Shown: piece by piece, positions 58,587-64,000 of the stretch
How positions within the stretch are numbered: the stretch's first letter is position 1
How the letters are laid out: every line of letters begins with the position of its first letter
NCBI GenBank assembly: GCA_963677495.2
Contig: CAXXOU010000004.1
Span: 480,001 to 544,000 of the forward strand
Length of the DNA stretch: 64,000 nucleotides
Direction of reading: 5' to 3'
From: Candidatus Cloacimonadales bacterium
GTDB taxonomy: Bacteria; Cloacimonadota; Cloacimonadia; Cloacimonadales; JAFGVF01
Position numbers and translations under genes: made by a program
The notes under the pieces: model-generated
Told to the model about the DNA's origin: nothing
Databases searched by the model: none
Seen by the model: only the letters and a program-made list of their open reading frames with translations

Positions 58587-59474
58587 ATGTCTGAGAAAGT
58601 AATCAATGATTCCCTACTAGCAAGACTCGATAGTTTTCATTTAAAAACAAAGAGTATTGTCGAAGGCTTCATGGTTGGTTTACATAAATCACCATATCAT
58701 GGGTTCAGCGTAGAATTTGCAGACCATAGACAGTATATTCCCGGTGATCCCATAAGGAATATTGACTGGAAGCTTTATGCAAAAACAGACCGTTATTATC
58801 TAAAACGCTTTGAAGAGGAAACCAACGTAAGGTCATACATTCTTCTTGATCATAGCAACTCGATGTCATTTAAGTCCGGAACAACTTCCAAACTGGATTA
58901 TGCTGTAAGCTTAGCAGCTGCTCTTTCATACTTGATAGTTAAACAAAAGGATGCGATTGGTTTAATATCTTACTCAGATAAAGTAACTAGTCATCTTCCA
59001 CCTAAAGCTTATTCAGGTTATTTAAATCTACTTTTTGAGCAGTTACTATCCTTAGAGCCGGAGTCAACAACCGGAACACTATCTGCAATGCATTCAGTAG
59101 CTGAGAATCTGAAGAAGAGAAGTTTGATTATACTGATTACTGATCTTCTTGATGACCCTAATGAACTAGTAAAAGGGCTTCAGCATTTTAAGTATCAGAA
59201 ACATGAAGTTCTGGTGTTCCACATTCTCGATAATCAGGAAAAAGAGTTTAACTATAAAGCTGAGACAGAGTTCATAGATGCTGAAACAGGGAAGAAGATA
59301 ACTGTTAATCCCTGGCAGATTAAAAATAGGTACAAAGAGGAGCTCAGTTCATTTATTGAAAAAATACGCAACGAATGTTTCAAAGCAGGAATTGAGTATA
59401 ATCCAATTAACACATCTATCCCTATCGAGGATAATCTACTTAAGTATCTGCACAAACGGATGCTTTTCCAATAG
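58587..59474 (+). CDS. DUF58 domain protein
   Basis: GLHKSPYHGFSVEFADHRQYIPGD..IDWK..KRFEEETN..LDHSNSM. Confidence 0.93.
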   Translation: MSEKVINDSLLARLDSFHLKTKSIVEGFMVGLHKSPYHGFSVEFADHRQYIPGDPIRNIDWKLYAKTDRYYLKRFEEETNVRSYILLDHSNSMSFKSGTTSKLDYAVSLAAALSYLIVKQKDAIGLISYSDKVTSHLPPKAYSGYLNLLFEQLLSLEPESTTGTLSAMHSVAENLKKRSLIILITDLLDDPNELVKGLQHFKYQKHEVLVFHILDNQEKEFNYKAETEFIDAETGKKITVNPWQIKNRYKEELSSFIEKIRNECFKAGIEYNPINTSIPIEDNLLKYLHKRMLFQ

Positions 59475-59489
59475 ATATTTTACAATAAG

Positions 59490-59519
59490 AAAAAGGCTGA
59501 TGATTCAATCATCAGCCTT
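59490..59519. terminator. terminator between convergent DUF58 gene and rpsT
   Basis: aaggctgatgatt-c-aatcatcagcctt with a left A-tract. Confidence 0.8.
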
Positions 59520-59537
59520 AAATCTATATCTTCTGAA

Positions 59538-59804
59538 TTATTCAGCTGCGTTGTCTAATTTCTTTACATAAGCGGCAAGACGAGCTTTTCTGCGAGAAGC
59601 TGTGCGTTTGTGAATAACACCTTTCTTCGCTGCTTTATCAAGCTTTGAATAAAGCTCTACGAGAAGTTGTTTCTTCTCTTCAATTGGTAAGTCACTTACC
59701 ATTTTTTTTGACAATGTATTAATTGTACTCTTCACAAAGTTATTTCTTGCGGCTCTTTTTTTATCCTGTCTAAGTCTTTTACGCGGTGATGCTGAATTTG
59801 GCAT
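59538..59804 (-). CDS. rpsT: 30S ribosomal protein S20
   Basis: MPNSAS..KRLRQ..RN..KS..LDKAAKKGVIHKRTASRRKARL. Confidence 0.96.
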   Translation of the reverse strand: MPNSASPRKRLRQDKKRAARNNFVKSTINTLSKKMVSDLPIEEKKQLLVELYSKLDKAAKKGVIHKRTASRRKARLAAYVKKLDNAAE

Positions 59805-59979
59805 TCAATCCTCCATTTACTATATTTAAATTATTATTTGTCTCCAAATTAGTTAACCGCTTTTCTTGTCAATAGAAATCTATAGAATTTCAAAATATAT
59901 TTTTTGGACACTCTAAACAGCTTAGCTATTCTTATTGTTTACTTTATGCTGTTAAACTTTTCTGAGTAAGTTTAGAATC

Positions 59980-61050
59980 TCAGTTTTGTATAGGCTCTAA
60001 CCCCAATGCCATAAAGTATCCTAAGCTTCTTCTTCTCCGCTTATACTGTCTTTTTAATCTAGTTCCCTGCATAACAAATGTAGTGTCATTTTCCAAAAAG
60101 ATTGAATCAACTCGGTACTCAAGACCATGCAATAATGGAACAGTATCTGTTTGCTTTGATTGCATTTCAAAAATATTCAACTTAACACCGGACAGCTCTT
60201 TTGGATTTAAATAGCTAAGTGAATAAATCTTACTATTATTCTTCAGAGCAAATGGTAAGGAATAAGATGATAGCTTCTTCGTATCCATAATTTCTGTATT
60301 AACGCTATACAGATCTAATGATTTATTCCTATAAACTAAGCACTCATAATCTGAATAAACAACATTTTCTAAATCATTGATCTCCAATGTGAACAATGAA
60401 TATTTATCACTATCAGATAGGAGGCTATATCGCTTTAGGATTGAACTTTGAGGGTTATACAGATGTAAGTAATCACCTACGACGAAGAATCTACTTCCTT
60501 CGAATCCTATTGTCATTGTAGATTTAGATTCATTGATACTACCAATATACTTCACAACTACACTCTTTTCATCTGAAGAAATTAAGTGTAAATTCTGTTC
60601 AGTTTTTGCAAACTTATAATTCAAAGTGTTATCTAAATCGATAGATTCAATAACTTGCAAAGAATCGTTTAATACAACCAAAGTTTGATTTGCACTCTTA
60701 ACGTCGTTTTGGAGAGTATATATTTTACTTGATGATATTTCAACATCTGTGATGCTGATATTAGGTAGTAGGATACTCTTCTTAATCATTTCACGATGAG
60801 GATTCTTTATATACAAAGTTGATTGTATATCACCTGTACGGGGTAAAAGATCTTCAGTTGCTACGATAAAACTCCCATCCTCGGTTATCTTGTACGCTGA
60901 AATGGAGGTGCTATGCCACTGCTCACTATGGTATTCATCTATCCATTGCAGCCTATAAAATAACTCTTCTGTTCCCGCTTTTTGATAGCTCTTAGTCTTA
61001 CATCCAAATGCAACTATCATCGCTAAAATCATGATTAAATACTTTCTCAA
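59980..61050 (-). CDS. hypothetical lipoprotein
   Basis: 356 aa; MRKYLIMILAMIVAFGC lipobox; GAGG RBS. Confidence 0.7.
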   Translation of the reverse strand: MRKYLIMILAMIVAFGCKTKSYQKAGTEELFYRLQWIDEYHSEQWHSTSISAYKITEDGSFIVATEDLLPRTGDIQSTLYIKNPHREMIKKSILLPNISITDVEISSSKIYTLQNDVKSANQTLVVLNDSLQVIESIDLDNTLNYKFAKTEQNLHLISSDEKSVVVKYIGSINESKSTMTIGFEGSRFFVVGDYLHLYNPQSSILKRYSLLSDSDKYSLFTLEINDLENVVYSDYECLVYRNKSLDLYSVNTEIMDTKKLSSYSLPFALKNNSKIYSLSYLNPKELSGVKLNIFEMQSKQTDTVPLLHGLEYRVDSIFLENDTTFVMQGTRLKRQYKRRRRSLGYFMALGLEPIQN

Positions 61051-61169
61051 ATAATAACCTCATCAATATAGTTTATACTTTATCTCCTAAAATGCATATT
61101 CTATGCAAGAGAAATAATATATTTAATCATATCTTGAACAATTATCCAAACCTTTGGGCCGGTCAACTG

Positions 61170-61272
61170 TACCTTCTGAATGGTCCTTAGGCCTTCAGAT
61201 GGTACACTTCGAAGCAGTTAATGCTATTTACAAGAGCACTATTTTGAAGGTCTAAGGACTAATAGGAAGGTA
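61170..61272. repeat. 103-bp long inverted repeat, relative of 1097-1199
   Basis: taccttctgaatggtccttaggccttcagatggt ... actattttgaaggtctaaggactaataggaaggta. Confidence 0.75.
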
Positions 61273-61411
61273 GAATCAAACTGCTATATTTCACTATTGC
61301 TAAAATTCCATTCAGTCATTGTGAATCAGCTTTTCCTACTTTATCAATAGCTTCTCTTTATCTTGTCGCATCAAGACATTCTTTGCACCGTTAAGTAAAT
61401 TATGCACACGA

Positions 61412-61473
61412 TGTGGATAACTTTAGGGGTTCATAGGGAGGGTCTAGGGAGGCTAAAGGGAGGGATAAGCGAG
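61412..61473. repeat. DnaA-box-like 9-mer followed by an 11-bp-period AGGGAG array
   Basis: TGTGGATAA at 61412-61420; agggag at 61435, 61446, 61457, agcgag at 61468. Confidence 0.7.
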
Positions 61474-61771
61474 ATTCAAGGTTCTTGATGAGATTAGATA
61501 AAGAGAAGATTGAGACCAGATGCTAGTTTAAAACATAGTAATAACACATTGGAAAGATTAAGGACATTGATTTTATGATAACAACAGTGGTCATAGAAGC
61601 ATTAACTGAAGGAATTTAGTCATATGATTGTCATAATACGTATGGCAGTAGTTGAATATTAAAAGAAAGAAGTTTTTTAGATTACAAGAATCAAACTGTT
61701 GGAAAAGAAAAGTATTGACAAAAATGACAAAAAATTAAAGAATAGACTTGCGTCAAATGTAGGAGTAAGAA

Positions 61772-61969
61772 ATGGAAAAGAAAGAAAAAGTAAAGGATTT
61801 ATGGCAAAGAACTAATGGGAAGTGCCAAATTTGCGGGGCTGAATTAGTCTGGGAACAAAGAGATTGTACTAGATATGTAGGTGGATGGACAGTGTTACGT
61901 CCAGAAGAGAACGGTGAAGATAAGGAGATTATCTGTTGTTGTGTATGTGAAAAGATAAGAAATCGATAG
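61772..61969 (+). CDS. small Cys-rich zinc-finger protein (degenerate HNH-like)
   Basis: AGGAG RBS, upstream TTGACA-17-AAGAAT; LWQRTNGKCQICG...CCCVC. Confidence 0.65.
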   Translation: MEKKEKVKDLWQRTNGKCQICGAELVWEQRDCTRYVGGWTVLRPEENGEDKEIICCCVCEKIRNR

Positions 61970-61974
61970 AAACC

Positions 61975-62760
61975 TTATCTTTTTTCTGCTACAACTATAA
62001 GCCCATTGCCGATCTTGTTGTTGGAATTCATGTCCAACTTCATAAACAGATACACAAGCGGATATGTTATCAGCATCCAGATTGAAGCACAAATCATCCC
62101 AAGAATACCCTTCCCGGCCATTGAAATAGGTTTCTTCATTCCCATAATCCAAGCCTTTTTACCCCATTTACCATAACTGTAATATGATTCCAATATACTA
62201 AATCCTGCTGTTGTGACCTTATTTTCCAACTCATCTTTTGCATATCCCGGTCTCACATGCTCTTCCGTGAAGGCCGCAGCCTCATCGAAATTGCTGGGGC
62301 TTGAGATAATTAGCCTACTACCTTTATTCATACTCTGAAAGAAATTAGCTAATACTGCTCTATCATCTTCAATATGCTCAAGAATATCTATTGCAATGGC
62401 TAAATCATACTTATCATTAGAGATGTAGTTCTGAAGGTCTGCTTGTTCAACAATAAACTTCCCTTTATGATTGTTCTCCGCATAAAACTTAAATGACTCA
62501 ACATAGTCAGTTTTTATGTCGACTGCTAGAACATTTGAGTTAGGATATCTCTTAAGTACATAGTCTGAATATTGACAGAATCCGGCACCGGCGTCATAAA
62601 AATTTATGCTTGTTCCAACAGGATAAAGCTTAGATATCTCTTTTTTTACATACTTCTGTCTTAATAGAATCAAATCCAAAAAGAGATAGAACACTTTTCG
62701 TGTAGTTGGAAAGAGTTCTATAATTCGGGCAAACTTATCTTTAACTATATCATATTTCAT
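61975..62760 (-). CDS. class I SAM-dependent methyltransferase
   Basis: YDAGAGF, YDLAIAIDILEHIEDD, EHVRPGY. Confidence 0.88.
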   Translation of the reverse strand: MKYDIVKDKFARIIELFPTTRKVFYLFLDLILLRQKYVKKEISKLYPVGTSINFYDAGAGFCQYSDYVLKRYPNSNVLAVDIKTDYVESFKFYAENNHKGKFIVEQADLQNYISNDKYDLAIAIDILEHIEDDRAVLANFFQSMNKGSRLIISSPSNFDEAAAFTEEHVRPGYAKDELENKVTTAGFSILESYYSYGKWGKKAWIMGMKKPISMAGKGILGMICASIWMLITYPLVYLFMKLDMNSNNKIGNGLIVVAEKR

Positions 62761-62858
62761 TATTAAACCTCCACTCTGACAGTTCCAAATAAAGATTGAC
62801 TTCCTAAATGTAAATATTTTTTATGAATAATAGAGAAAAAGTATATAAAAGGGGCGTA

Positions 62859-63704
62859 ATGAATCGCATAGACCTACATATTCATACCAACGAATCTGAT
62901 GGCTGTCATACACCTGTAGAGATAATCCAGATGGCAAAGAACGCACAATTGGATATCATTTCGATAGCTGATCATGATACGGTGGAAGGTTACAAAAAGG
63001 CTAAGTATCTTGCTGAACGTTATGGGATCGATTTACTAATTGGGGCAGAGATGTCCTGTCGACTAAATAACTCAGATGTACATATACTAGCTTACGAATT
63101 TGATTATGAGTACTCTGAGATTAAAGAAGCTATGGAGTTCCTTTTCCATGGAAGAGTGATCAGAGCAAAAAAGATTATTGATGAACTTAAGAAGTTTGAC
63201 ATTCACATTGACTATGATGCTGTAACAGAACTCGCAGGACAAAAAGGCCTTATCGGAAGACCGCATATTGGACGCGCAGTTGTGAATGCAGGTTATTGTA
63301 CCAACTTGCAGATGGTGTTTGATAAGTTCATTGGTGAAGGTAAACCTGCCTTTATCCCTAAACCTGAGCTTACTCCAAGAGAGATGATAGATATAATTCA
63401 CAACGCTAGTGGTTATGCTGTTTTAGCACATCCGGGTAAACTTAGAGATCAATCACTAGTTAAACATATTATCCAGGATGGAATTGATGGCTTAGAAGTT
63501 TTTTATCCTGCTCACAACTTAGGACAAACAGATACATACTTACAGTTCTGCCTTAATCACAATATCATCCCAACATGTGGCTCTGATTACCACGGGAAAG
63601 ATATTAGTAGTATCGAGTTAGGTAACTTTACCGGGCCTGAAATGGTGAATGGTTACATTAAGAATATGAGAAGGCAAACAAGGGAAAATACTGATAATGA
63701 ATAA
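62859..63704 (+). CDS. PHP domain protein (TrpH/YciV-like)
   Basis: DLHIHTNESDG, ADHDT, VHILAY, GRPH, LAHP, GSDYHG. Confidence 0.93.
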   Translation: MNRIDLHIHTNESDGCHTPVEIIQMAKNAQLDIISIADHDTVEGYKKAKYLAERYGIDLLIGAEMSCRLNNSDVHILAYEFDYEYSEIKEAMEFLFHGRVIRAKKIIDELKKFDIHIDYDAVTELAGQKGLIGRPHIGRAVVNAGYCTNLQMVFDKFIGEGKPAFIPKPELTPREMIDIIHNASGYAVLAHPGKLRDQSLVKHIIQDGIDGLEVFYPAHNLGQTDTYLQFCLNHNIIPTCGSDYHGKDISSIELGNFTGPEMVNGYIKNMRRQTRENTDNE

Positions 63705-64000
63705 TATACCTGAGAATAAGATGACATTGCCACAGAAGATTAGATTCAATGTGTTCGCCAGATATTTCACTATTTTCATGGCTTTACTTGCTACTTTTTA
63801 TGCTGTATATGTAATGTTTTTTAGAATTACATCTGAGAGTTCAGCTCTGTTTAAAGCTATACCAATAATTATTACTTTTTTAGCACTTGATTCGCTTATG
63901 CGAAACTGCATGAACTTAAACACAGTATATTTAACTGAAGACTTTATTGAGTTCGGCTTCCTTTTAAAACCAAACAAGCGTGTAAAATGGGAAGATATTA
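63697..64000 (+). CDS. membrane protein, partial (runs off the window)
   Basis: open frame MNNIPENKMTLPQKIRFNVFARYFTIFMALL...; two hydrophobic segments; start overlaps the end of the PHP gene. Confidence 0.7.
   Translation, partial: MNNIPENKMTLPQKIRFNVFARYFTIFMALLATFYAVYVMFFRITSESSALFKAIPIIITFLALDSLMRNCMNLNTVYLTEDFIEFGFLLKPNKRVKWEDI

Noticed and set aside
1..64000. Prophage, integron, IS transposase, tRNA or rRNA genes
   Set aside because: No integrase, transposase, phage structural gene or tRNA/rRNA signature recognised by eye; tRNAscan-SE, Infernal and ISEScan would be needed to exclude them formally

Overview
AT-rich bacterial chromosomal window, probably from an anaerobe. Secreted proteins ending in a YPNPF/FlgD-Ig-like C-terminal domain, plus PEGA and SpoIID proteins, suggest Cloacimonadota or another FCB-adjacent lineage (inference). 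Most of it is housekeeping: lysC-metG, xth-nth, rel, rfbB, hslVU, acpS, xseB-ispA-dut-nadA-pgsA, rpsT. Four things stand out. (1) An Rrf2-led hcp operon with a permease-less, signal-peptide-less 'ABC' pair, a HypB-like GTPase and a small MHE/Cys protein reminiscent of HypA, a candidate metallocluster maturation or repair module, with a visible Rrf2 operator. (2) A 10-gene operon (29371-39086) joining organic-acid enzymes (C-C lyase, PrpD, U32-like, hydroxyacid dehydrogenase, split Fe-S hydro-lyase) to an ATP-grasp ligase, an acetyltransferase, a GT2 and a flippase-like protein, a candidate pathway for an unusual acyl-sugar surface modification. (3) Tandem four-helix-bundle genes bracketed by inverted 7-mer arrays, plus a broken third copy. 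(4) Many intergenic palindromic elements, including at least eight arrays with an 11-bp period but different core motifs. No rRNA, tRNA, CRISPR array, transposase or integrase was recognised. All family calls are from motif recognition by eye, not database searches.
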